From NCBI GenBank assembly GCA_020891255.1, contig BQFW01000012.1, forward strand, positions 186,001-250,000: DNA of 64,000 bases, in the 5' to 3' direction. Below the pieces are notes generated by a model. It was not told the DNA's origin, did no database searches, and worked only from the letters and a program-made list of their open reading frames with translations. The position numbers and the translations under genes are program-made. The stretch is from Entomortierella parvispora E1425. Lineage: Eukaryota > Fungi > Mortierellomycota. The first letter of the stretch is position 1. Each line of letters begins with the position of its first letter. This document shows positions 31,659 to 42,960 of this stretch, piece by piece.

Positions 31659-33455
31659 ATGACACGCCTAGAGCCGCCATCATTAGCCCCAACAACAATA
31701 ACGCGGTACCAGGCTTCTCCCCGTTTTTCCGGAACCTCTCCTTTCTCATCGGCCCTCAGTCCCTTTGTCGTCCCGGAGCTTCTCCAGACCATTGGGTATT
31801 TCCTCGACAGCCGGTCTCTGCAACGCTGTCTTCTTGTTTGTAGATCCTGGCACCAAGTCTTGCTCCCTATTCGATGGCATTCCATATCTCTCCAATACAG
31901 TGGCTGGGGATGTGGTGGGCGTGATGATGTCAAATTCAGCGGTCCGGATTTGATATTCTTGCGTGCCCATGCCCATTTGATCAAGAAACTAAAGATCTCG
32001 GCCGATAGCTTCCAAGACTTCACGGCGTCCTTCCGTCGGATCAAGCACGCTGCAACCAATAACCCGCACCACGCTCATCATTATGGCTGCGGATCCCAAC
32101 ATCAAAGTCAAAGTCAAGTGGAGCAGAGACCCGGAATCTTTGAGTTAACTTGCCCAAACCTTTCAGTCTTGAATCTGGATCAAGAAAATGACGACGAGGC
32201 ATTTGCCGACGGTCCTTCTTTGGTCCCAATGCTGTGGAGACATCGTTTTACAGTCAAAGACGTGACCATCAGTTGTTACTCGGACGGCCAAAACAACAAA
32301 CAGGGAATCTTCGAAGCGCTGGAAGTGTTTTCTCGATTGGAACGACTCAAACTGGGTCATTGGCCGATGGGTCCTCTGCGAAACTGGGTTGATCATTACG
32401 AATCCCTCTGGTCACGTCTACAGATCTTGGTGGTCCATGAGCTCTGGATGAATCTCGTTTATGAACCTTTCCCCCTTGATGAAGAAGAAAAGGCCCTGGC
32501 CTGGCTCAGGGACTGCGCGACACAGAGCAACCTTCATGCTCTGGAGATTTGCAACCCTGGCGCAGGGGATTCACTCCGAACGAAGCTTCAGCTGCTCCTG
32601 ATCCTCAAGAGTCCTCACCTCACTCGACTAGTTTGGGAAAACTGTCGGACCTTAGACCCAGAAGAGAGACCCATGGCGTTACTCGCCTCCGCTATTCGAG
32701 CAGGACGATTCTCGCGAGGACAGCAGGAACGACTCGTCTCCTTGAGTCTTGGCGCATCAGACTTTCGGCTTTTGGATTTCGAATGCCTTCTCAGATCTTT
32801 GACGGGGCTAAAGGAGCTAGACCTTCACAAGTCGAGCTTTGACCGATCGTCGTGGAAGGCCATGTGGGAACGAGGACCCCAATTTCGGAGGATGCTGACT
32901 GTGCTGAATCTGGGTAAATGCTTGCAGATGGATGGAGCGTTGGTACATGAGATCCTTTGTGAAATGCCGAGTTTGGAGATATTCGAAGCAGGACATGTCA
33001 TGGAGGACAACTTACTTCAGGACCCTCGATATTGGGCTTGCGAAGGATTACGAGAACTATCAGTGGCAATGGTAGACAGCAGGCGCAGGATTGGAATCGA
33101 CAATGAAGAACAGAGGTGGCCTAAGTCACGACTCGTGCACCAACTTTCAAAATTGAATCGACTGCGGGTTTTGGACTTGAGGAACCGTAGACTGTTTCAA
33201 GACAGGGAACTACTGCCGATCAAACTGACGATTGAGAAAGCCGGGTGTCTGGATCAATTGAGGTCACTTCACAGGATAAGGTGTTTGAGGGTTCCGTCAT
33301 TGGTTCTGGACCCTCGGCAGATAAAATGGAAAGTTGATGAGGCGCAATGGGTATTAAGGCACTGGGTCCGATTGGAGGAATTGATGTTTGTCGCTCTGGA
33401 CGATGACCTGACAATGGCGCTTTTGAAAGAGCCCTTTGATTCTGGATTGCAATAA
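31659..33455 (+). CDS. F-box / leucine-rich-repeat (RNI-like) protein
   Basis: F-box VPELLQTIGYFLDSRSLQRCLLVCRSW followed by LxxLxL repeats. Single exon; likely start MTRLEPP. Confidence 0.85.
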   Translation: MTRLEPPSLAPTTITRYQASPRFSGTSPFSSALSPFVVPELLQTIGYFLDSRSLQRCLLVCRSWHQVLLPIRWHSISLQYSGWGCGGRDDVKFSGPDLIFLRAHAHLIKKLKISADSFQDFTASFRRIKHAATNNPHHAHHYGCGSQHQSQSQVEQRPGIFELTCPNLSVLNLDQENDDEAFADGPSLVPMLWRHRFTVKDVTISCYSDGQNNKQGIFEALEVFSRLERLKLGHWPMGPLRNWVDHYESLWSRLQILVVHELWMNLVYEPFPLDEEEKALAWLRDCATQSNLHALEICNPGAGDSLRTKLQLLLILKSPHLTRLVWENCRTLDPEERPMALLASAIRAGRFSRGQQERLVSLSLGASDFRLLDFECLLRSLTGLKELDLHKSSFDRSSWKAMWERGPQFRRMLTVLNLGKCLQMDGALVHEILCEMPSLEIFEAGHVMEDNLLQDPRYWACEGLRELSVAMVDSRRRIGIDNEEQRWPKSRLVHQLSKLNRLRVLDLRNRRLFQDRELLPIKLTIEKAGCLDQLRSLHRIRCLRVPSLVLDPRQIKWKVDEAQWVLRHWVRLEELMFVALDDDLTMALLKEPFDSGLQ

Positions 33456-33989
33456 ACATTGAGATAGAATTGGCACCATCCAAAAAAAAAAAAAAAAAAG
33501 GGTAAAAAGTACTGCAGGATGAGATGGGCCTCTGCGTCATCGTGGGTGTCATCACATTCTCGTAGAAGAACGCCAAAGCGAGTCCGTGATCAAAGAGGCT
33601 CAAGGATCGACGATCAGAAGAAGACAAACAATGACGGGGCCAGGTGATGAGGTTGGATCAGCGGGCAGGTGTGGTCTTTCCCTTGTTTTCTTTATTGTTC
33701 GCCCTTCTTCGCCCTTCGCCCTTTCTCTCTCTTCTCTCCTCACCAATCATATCATCAAGTACACGATGGTCTTCTTGCTTCTTTTCCTCATTGGGGCTAC
33801 TGCCCTCTCCCCTTTCTTTCTCTTCTCTTTCATAATCACTCATATCATCCAATACACGATGGTTTTCTTGCTTCCTTTCCTCACCGGCGCTATTGCCATC
33901 TCCCCCAAGGCCGTTCTGGCTAGCAACGGCAGTAATAGCTCCAACATTGCCAAGTCCTCTTTCCCCATCGGCCCCCAGTCCCTCGGTCT

Positions 33990-34900
33990 TGGAGATGCAT
34001 GGGTCCTGGCGAGATTCTACACATCGTCACCCCACGAAGAATAGGAGGCAGTCCTGACCTGGTTCCGAGGCTGCACAATCTAGAGTAACTTTCGTGTCCT
34101 GGAGATGTGCAGCCCCCGCCAAACGGAATCGATCCGGGTGCGACTCCAGCTGCGCTTGATCCTCAAGAGTCCCCATTTCGTTCGACTTATTTGGGAAAAC
34201 TCTTGTTAGCTGGACGCAGCGGGGAGACCCATGACATGCTCGCCTCCGCTGTTCGATCAGGGCAGTTCTCAGGAGGACAGCAGGTGCAACTCGTATCCCT
34301 GGGTCTTCGCAAGTCGGACTTTCAGCTTGTGGATTTCGAATGTTTCCTACTTGAACAAATCGAACTTTAACCGATCGTCGTGGAACGCCATAAGGGAGTG
34401 AGGGCCCCAGCTTCGGAGAATGCTGACTCTACTGAACTTGGATGATTGTTCGCAGATGGACGGGGCATTGGTGCACGAGATTCTTTGTGAAATACTGTAC
34501 CGAGTTTGGAGATATTCAAAGCAGGTCATGTCATGGAGGACAACTTGATTCAGGACCCTCGACCTTGGGCTTGCGAAGAATTATGAGAACTCTCAGTGGC
34601 ATTGGTGGACGGTAGGCGCAGGGTTGGGGTTGAGAATGAAGAACAAAGGTACGACTCGTGCGCCAACTTTCAGCACTGCACCAGCTGCAGGTTTTGGACT
34701 TCGAGGTGAGGAACTACAGGCTGTTTCAAGAGGAAGAAATTCTGCCGATCAAACTGACACTTGGGAATGGAGGATGCTTGGATCAGTTGAGGTCACTTCG
34801 CTGGATGAGATTCATCATAGGCCCTGGACCCAAGGCAGATTAGTTGGGGCGAGGCTGAGGTGCAATGGGTAATGAAGTACTGGGTCCGACTGCAAAAGTG
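33990..34900 (+). pseudogene. Decayed tandem duplicate of the 3' half of the upstream F-box/LRR gene
   Basis: Colinear nucleotide similarity to about 32440-33370 (e.g. CATGTCATGGAGGACAAC, CTGCCGATCAAACTGAC, GCACTGGGTCCGA/GTACTGGGTCCGA) with stops and frameshifts. Confidence 0.85.
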
Positions 34901-35384
34901 GGAAAATGTTTTCGGCGACTACGACGAGGACCTTCTGGTGGCGTATCTGAAAGAATAAAATTTCCATGGAAATTAGTGGTGTGCATCTAGTGGTGACCTC
35001 ACCACTAGGCACCACTAGGGCACCAGTGACACTAGTGGACACCACTGCGCCACCAGACTCCATGCCAATAAAATTCCGATCGGATCTGAACTACACCCGT
35101 GTGTCACATTTTTTTTGGTGAAGTGGCTGGTTCCTGAAAAGAACTCCCCTCCCACTGGGTACTACATTGTTACGGCCTGGTACCTGAAGAGCGACGCGTC
35201 CTATTTATCGAATATCGACGCGCGAGGTTCAACTCCAGACCAATGCGTACAAGACACACTCCCAGATCTGGACACACCAGACCCGTCCTTGGAATTTTCA
35301 GTTCGAGACCAAATTAAACATCAAAATCATCTCAAGCGGTCAACCGCAGATATTACCAAGTTTTCGACGAAAGCAGGACAAAAG

Positions 35385-35621
35385 ATGGAGCTCTCGTTGG
35401 AGGAGCAAAAAAAGGCGCTGGATGAGCTGCGGTCGGCCGCAGGCAGGGCCGAAGAGGTCATGAAAGAGGTGCAGCGCGCCTCAGAGAGGGCGCGAGCCCT
35501 GGCCAATCAGGCCCGAGAGGTGGTGGAGGCCGCGGAGATGGCGGAGAGGGTCGTGCGCGCCATCTTCAACACCGATGGCGAGAAGGAGGAGCCGTTGATC
35601 GAGGGTGAGAAGGAGGAGTGA
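35385..35621 (+). CDS. Small helical/coiled-coil protein (78 aa)
   Basis: MELSLEEQKKALDELRSAAGRAEEVMKEV..., with GC-rich third codon positions unlike the flanks. Confidence 0.4.
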   Translation: MELSLEEQKKALDELRSAAGRAEEVMKEVQRASERARALANQAREVVEAAEMAERVVRAIFNTDGEKEEPLIEGEKEE

Positions 35622-35656
35622 AGAGTCTTGAAGCGTTCGGGTCATTTCTGCCCATC

Positions 35657-37364
35657 GCCGCGTCTCATAGCGGGATGCATCCTCCATCTCGGCAACCACT
35701 GACACGAGGCAGCCAAGGTCGCGGTTGACCTCGGGTGGCCCGTGCATTTGCGAGAGAGGGAAAAGAAAAAAAAAGTGGTCATTTGTTGATTTTGTTCTCC
35801 CCACTGCACTGAACTGATGAAAGAGAGAAGGGACAGGGCAGAGTGTCTTTGATGCAAGGAGGGATGACAGTCTACTGCTGCTGTTGGTGATATTAACGGG
35901 AGAGAGAGAACTCTGGAGAGACCGGACCGAGGACGCCGCCTAGTCGCGTGTCCCTCTTGCTCGCTGTGTCTTGTCGCATGGTCTGTCTGTATGATGTTTC
36001 CCCCCTTGCAGGCACAGTGCTCGCTCGCTGTGCTTGTGTCACTTGCATCGGCTCAGCAAAGAAGCAGGGATAGAGAAGCACAGCAGCAAGGAGGGATGCA
36101 ACAGAGCGGGAGGCAGGGTTCACAACATGAGCCATTCCTTCTCTTCCCCCGGTGAAGGCTCTTCTTCTCTCTTCCCTTTTCCCTCTTCCCTGGTGAGGGC
36201 CGCTTGTGCCCTTGCGTACACCCACGTGACGGGTGGCGCGAGGATGTACATGTACACGAAAAAAAAATGAAAGCACGGCTTTTCTCTCTTTCCTTCTTCA
36301 CCCTTCCGGCCAAGTTCACTCCCCCCACCCTCCTCTTTTACTCTTCCAAGCCAAGACTGAGAGGTCCTGTCCCAAGGTAAGATTCCAAGACTCGCAGCCC
36401 TCATGTTTCTGTTGCGTTTGCTCAGGTTGCTTACCTGCTGTGCCACCCTTCTCCCCCTGTTTTTTTTTTCTCTCCTTGCAAACGGCTTTTTTTGGTTCTC
36501 GTACTTGTTAGGGACTTGCGCCTTCTCATAGTCGTTGCTCAACCCTGAAGAAGCACCCAGAAAGTACATTTCCCACTGGTCTACGGGGTGGATAGTGCCT
36601 TTGGTTGGCAGAGTGAGAAGGGCACTCTGCGAAGGACTTGAGGTGCTCACAGCGGTCATGGGCCAGGTACAGTAGCCAAGGTAAGAGACAGTGGCCAAGC
36701 GCGAAGAGTGCCCCTTCGCTTTGGTGCCTCCTGACTAGGAGTATGCCTCTTGGTGCCTGGTCGCTCCGTATCCCTGCCTTCCACCTTTTTTTCTCTCGTA
36801 CCTCTTTTCTTCGTCAAGCCCCTGGCAGTGTTCATCTGCAGTCGTCGCAGAGCTCATTGTTTATCCTTTTCGTTGACCTGTCCGCCCCCATCCGTCAATA
36901 CCCTCTTGCCCTCAGCCTTCTCTCTCTGACATTCCCTTTGACAACACATCTTTCTGGACAGCACCCAGCTCTTCAGTGCACAACATCACTTCAGTGTCAG
37001 GACAAGCCTCAAGTCAGTACCGCTTCTTTGAGCTCAACACTCGCTATTCTTCAGGATCATGTCTGGAGCTGGCATCAGAGTCAACAGAGCAACCTTACCA
37101 CCAACACAGGACTTGGAATAACATTTGGATTCGGCACTTCCTTCCGCCCTCAACAATCTCGTCAGCACCCTCCTTTCCCGGGGCGCGATGGCCTGCCGCC
37201 TGCTCGTTGGCGTGCCTTGCACAGTTTGGTCCAAATCCAAACTGACTGAGAGCAGGTCTTTCCATATGCTTTTTGATAATAAAATCTACTTCAAAATGTC
37301 AAAAGTCATCAAGGCTCTCTTGTGGCATGCACGGCACCTGGATTTCGAACCGATGTGAGGAGGG
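35657..37364. repeat. Left arm of a 1.7-kb near-perfect inverted repeat
   Basis: Reverse complement of 40179-41886. Identical mirrored ORFs appear in the track (e.g. 35893-36276 minus and 41267-41650 plus). Confidence 0.95.
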
Positions 37365-39149
37365 TCTGCTTTCTCAGAAAGTCTTCTTCATGGATCTTGA
37401 AGAAGGCAATTTGAGTCTTCTTGCACTGGATGATCCATGGATTGTTGTCGTGTCATCTACATGTACAGTGAGTCCAAGTGCCCAGTGTTTTGTGAGCAGG
37501 ACAGAGCGCGATCAAGTAGTCAAAGCTTAAAACATGCTTCTGTGATATGGGAGTCAGAGACTGCGCTGCTTTCAAGATTCAACATCGCCCCGCTGTCGAT
37601 ATCGCTGCTGAAAGTGGCCAATTCATCGAGCTGGTTCTTGTGATCGGTTCATATCGAGGCTAGAAAAGAGTTTGAGGACAGAATGATCAGGTTGAGAGGC
37701 TGGCAGCCCGGAAAAGAGGATGGCAAGAAAACGACAGAGGATATGGTATCGAGAGTGGAGAAGAGGGGAGGAGATGCAAGGAAAGGAAGGGACGTAAAGT
37801 AAAGAAGAGAGAGGAGCGCGAAGGGAACATCTCACAGCGAAAGTGCACCCAACCACTCCAGCTTGTTGTTCTGTTCCCCTTCTACCCTTCTCTCATTCCC
37901 CCCTCACGACCCTTTGTTTTGCTTTACCATCCTTTCATTCCGTCCATCAGGGAGTACATTCTCCTCTTCAGCCACATCTCATGCTCCATGTCATGCTCCA
38001 TGTCATACTCCTCGCACTGGACCTGACCTACCTGTTGTATCGTGTAATTCACTCTCCCTTTTCTCTTCCTTCTCCTCTTCCTTCTCCACACCGCTATTCC
38101 ATCTTCAAAATCAAACGTATCGCCCTCTCTGTGGCTTCTCAGTTTCATGACGCGCTCTTGCAAGGTTTTACCGAGATCGATCTCTTTATTCCCCAGCATC
38201 ACCCATGACAGACCCTGCTGCCTTTTCGAATCTTCATCCATGCTCTTCTCAGTACGTAACAGATTGCTCTCTTCAAAACATGCCTAACCAAACATGATAT
38301 ATCTTTGTTCACTTTTTCACTTTTGTAAATATAGTTGTCCAGGAAGAGTTCACCGAGTCCCTGGGAGCAGAGCTGAACATGCTGAGTGGAGAAGCAAAAG
38401 AAGCGTCGCTGCTTCAGAGGGATCATTGAGTTTGGAACAAAGAACATGGATGGACTATACCAGTCCTGATCAGCACAACTGATGACGAACAAATGAACTA
38501 TTTGCTCTCCTCGTAAGTCTGTTTTCCTTACGGCTGTACACTAAATAATAGCCTCCGACACATTCTGCTCCACTCTTGGAGCACGCAATTATGAGTGGGC
38601 TTTGGACAACAACCACATGTAAATATCAAGTAGGGTAAAGTAGGGCGCGACCTACCGACTTTCCAGCATTAACGTCAACACGGACATCAACATTCAGGGC
38701 AAAAACCACCTGTTCTCAAAGTCTGAAGTCATTTGACAAGGCGTACTTGGAATAAGCACCTGGACGCTCACCCAGGCCATGAGGGGTGACCGTTGCTACT
38801 TGAGATTTGATCAACAGTCGAGCCGTCTGTCGTTCGCAATCAAACTGCAAACGACGAAACCCGGAGAGACATACACTGGGATTCTCCTTTTTTTTCATGC
38901 TGGCTTATTTTTTCGCCGTGGCAGTCTACTCTTTGAAAAAAACGATCTCACTGTCAAGGTCGCTTCTCAGCACCACGTCTTTTTTTTCCTGTCTCATGTA
39001 AGTGCGCACTTTCCTCCTTGTGCCTTTTTTTTTTTTTTTTTTTTTTTGGTGGAATGCCGATTTGCTGTCTATGGTAAGACTGGATAGAAAACAGCCATTA
39101 ACTAGTTTTCCTTCCCAGTTTGTTTGCAAATCCATCATTTAGTTTTCAG

Positions 39150-40540
39150 TATCAAGAGGCACGTTATTATAGGAAATGAGGGCCAAACAAGCTGGAGGCT
39201 ACGTCACATCAGAATAGGAGAGGAGCAGACATCTATGTTCAAGGAAAGCTAGACTGCACAGGAGAAAAACAACAACACTAGCAACAACAAACAGAAACAT
39301 CAACGTGGATCCTTTCTCCTGAACCGTGGCCTCCGGCTTTCAGGGAAAGTATGGCTTACCCCTGAGTACGACCTGTACCACTACCCTTGTCCGTCAACTG
39401 TCTTGTCAAAGTACCGTTGCCCGACTTTGATGGTTGTCATGATTCTAGACTGGGACACCAATTTGCCAGCTCTGGTTCAACAATTGTGCAAGGATAGATC
39501 AACCCTCACTCCCTTGGAGTCTGACAGGTTAATACAAGATCGATCGCATGAGATTGCGTAATACTTTGTCCGTCATGGTCTGCGATGATGTTGGCTCTGG
39601 AAGCCGAGAGTTGGTATTGACAAAACTTTGATGTAATAGCCTAGGTTGCTCACAATATCCTACTGCAGATAATTTCTTGTCTACTCCAACCTCATTCAGA
39701 GTTCGTTGGCTTTAGGGCCTGATGATAATCCAGATAAGACCGAGGAAGATGGCAAGAGTGCTTATGAGGTCCCTACATGGAGGCTTGGCTATTGAACTGA
39801 TCAATGGAGAGAAGGGGCAGACCTTGATAATCACAGAAGATGCTGCTGCTGCCAATCACTAGCACTGAGTCTAAGAGTTGAGTAGAAGGCAGGACATGGT
39901 CAAAGAGTTGACCAGACCAATATCAAGGCAAAGGAGATACTTAGGAAGGTATTGTTTGTGAAATAAAGAACAGTATAATTCCCGCATTTACCGAGGAAAG
40001 CTTTACAGTTTTTGCATCGTCAATTGTTGAGGCGGTAGATCTCAAGACAAAGAGATCATATCCACTACCACCCCCCAAGTACCGCATCTACTGTTGTCAT
40101 GTGTGGCTGCTAAGTTCAATATCCAATGCACCGATGGCAGCTTCAGTAAAAGTCGAGCTGTCATTAAAGTAGAGAAACCCCTCCTCACATCGGTTCGAAA
40201 TCCAGGTGCCGTGCATGCCACAAGAGAGCCTTGATGACTTTTGACATTTTGAAGTAGATTTTATTATCAAAAAGCATATGGAAAGACCTGCTCTCAGTCA
40301 GTTTGGATTTGGACCAAACTGTGCAAGGCACGCCAACGAGCAGGCGGCAGGCCATCGCGCCCCGGGAAAGGAGGGTGCTGACGAGATTGTTGAGGGCGGA
40401 AGGAAGTGCCGAATCCAAATGTTATTCCAAGTCCTGTGTTGGTGGTAAGGTTGCTCTGTTGACTCTGATGCCAGCTCCAGACATGATCCTGAAGAATAGC
40501 GAGTGTTGAGCTCAAAGAAGCGGTACTGACTTGAGGCTTG
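39150..40540 (+). pseudogene. Probable degraded gene (possibly F-box/LRR-like) running into the right inverted-repeat arm
   Basis: Coding-like composition broken by many stops. Fragments such as LDWDTNLPALVQQLCKDRSTL and ERRVLTRLLR. Confidence 0.3.
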
Positions 40541-41886
40541 TCCTGACACTGAAGTGATGTTGTGCACTGAAGAGCTGGGTGCTGTCCAGAAAGATGTGTT
40601 GTCAAAGGGAATGTCAGAGAGAGAAGGCTGAGGGCAAGAGGGTATTGACGGATGGGGGCGGACAGGTCAACGAAAAGGATAAACAATGAGCTCTGCGACG
40701 ACTGCAGATGAACACTGCCAGGGGCTTGACGAAGAAAGAGGTACGAGAGAAAAAAGGTGGAAGGCAGGGATACGGAGCGACCAGGCACCAAGAGGCATAC
40801 TCCTAGTCAGGAGGCACCAAAGCGAAGGGGCACTCTTCGCGCTTGGCCACTGTCTCTTACCTTGGCTACTGTACCTGGCCCATGACCGCTGTGAGCACCT
40901 CAAGTCCTTCGCAGAGTGCCCTTCTCACTCTGCCAACCAAAGGCACTATCCACCCCGTAGACCAGTGGGAAATGTACTTTCTGGGTGCTTCTTCAGGGTT
41001 GAGCAACGACTATGAGAAGGCGCAAGTCCCTAACAAGTACGAGAACCAAAAAAAGCCGTTTGCAAGGAGAGAAAAAAAAAACAGGGGGAGAAGGGTGGCA
41101 CAGCAGGTAAGCAACCTGAGCAAACGCAACAGAAACATGAGGGCTGCGAGTCTTGGAATCTTACCTTGGGACAGGACCTCTCAGTCTTGGCTTGGAAGAG
41201 TAAAAAGAGGAGGGTGGGGGGAGTGAACTTGGCCGGAAGGGTGAAGAAGGAAAGAGAGAAAAAGCCGTGCTTTCATTTTTTTTTCGTGTACATGTACATC
41301 CTCGCGCCACCCGTCACGTGGGTGTACGCAAGGGCACAAGCGGCCCTCACCAGGGAAGAGGGAAAAGGGAAGAGAGAAGAAGAGCCTTCACCGGGGGAAG
41401 AGAAGGAATGGCTCATGTTGTGAACCCTGCCTCCCGCTCTGTTGCATCCCTCCTTGCTGCTGTGCTTCTCTATCCCTGCTTCTTTGCTGAGCCGATGCAA
41501 GTGACACAAGCACAGCGAGCGAGCACTGTGCCTGCAAGGGGGGAAACATCATACAGACAGACCATGCGACAAGACACAGCGAGCAAGAGGGACACGCGAC
41601 TAGGCGGCGTCCTCGGTCCGGTCTCTCCAGAGTTCTCTCTCTCCCGTTAATATCACCAACAGCAGCAGTAGACTGTCATCCCTCCTTGCATCAAAGACAC
41701 TCTGCCCTGTCCCTTCTCTCTTTCATCAGTTCAGTGCAGTGGGGAGAACAAAATCAACAAATGACCACTTTTTTTTTCTTTTCCCTCTCTCGCAAATGCA
41801 CGGGCCACCCGAGGTCAACCGCGACCTTGGCTGCCTCGTGTCAGTGGTTGCCGAGATGGAGGATGCATCCCGCTATGAGACGTGGC
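40179..41886. repeat. Right arm of the 1.7-kb inverted repeat
   Basis: Reverse complement of 35657-37364; the differences I noticed are small homopolymer indels. Confidence 0.95.
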
Positions 41887-42960
41887 TTTGAACAGAACCG
41901 AAGGCCAAGGTTGTTCAGGGGCATACCCAGCTTGTCCTACTCAATGAGACGACAACCGCCTTTTGAGCTTCGACCCATGACAAAATTCACATCCATGATG
42001 TTCTAACGCGGTCCACCCCAAAGAAAGTGGACTAAATTACGAACAAAAAGATGTTCTCATCTGAGGGACCACTTTTTTTCTCTGCAGATTGACTTGCGCC
42101 CTTCCCCTCTATTACTTTTTAGTCCTCCTATCGCCAACAGAACGCAGACATTCAAGCTTTGGCCCGACAACGGGAGCCATGTCCACTTGCCCCTTTCTTG
42201 CCAAACGCGCACCATTCTTCCGGGGAGGCTATGCTCTTGACAGCCATGCTTCATTTATTCAACACTTCATGATACAGAGCCTCTTACCCTCGATTTGTCA
42301 TGTACTGATACTTGGCTTCTTTTTTCTATTTGTTTGTTTGCTTGTTATCCTCAATGAGATTTTGTTCCGTCAGCACTCTAGAGGTTGATAGGACCGGTAT
42401 TCTTAACAGATACCACCTTCTGGGCTCCTATCTTGTTTCGAGAATGATTGGGGCGACGTTTTCAATTGATATCCTATACCCATGCCACTGGCTTGATTTG
42501 TGATGTGCTCGCCTCTTTTTGCATTCTATTATTTCTCCTTTTGCGAGGCCCTCACCATTGCTAAACAATGGGATAATCTGCTGCATTGTTTTTTCCACAA
42601 CGGAAATGGCAGTATTTCTGGCAAACAGATCAGGTCCGCCCCTCTCTGCATTTCTTTCACGTTAATCTGTCTGTGTAACACACTCCCTTGGCTCCCAAGC
42701 CTTGCAGGGCCATTGCGTGATGCGCCTTGGGTTTTTGTGTTTCAGCGAGGGTATAGTTATGGAAATCAATGATGCATTCATCCACATCTGTCATCAGTGA
42801 TGCTGGTGGATTTCCACCGGACCAGAGGAAACAAAAGGATCACGTAGGGCCATCATTGCAAAGAAAGAATAAAAAAAAGTGAACATCGCGGTAGCCCGGC
42901 AAACCTGCTCTTCATTCCCTTCTCCCCAACGCACAACCATTCTCCCCCGCCACTGACAGT

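Noticed and set aside
35657-41886. The inverted repeat as the TIRs of an autonomous DNA transposon
   Set aside because: No target-site duplication at the outer ends and no transposase motifs in the spacer. Kept only as an unexplained inverted duplication.
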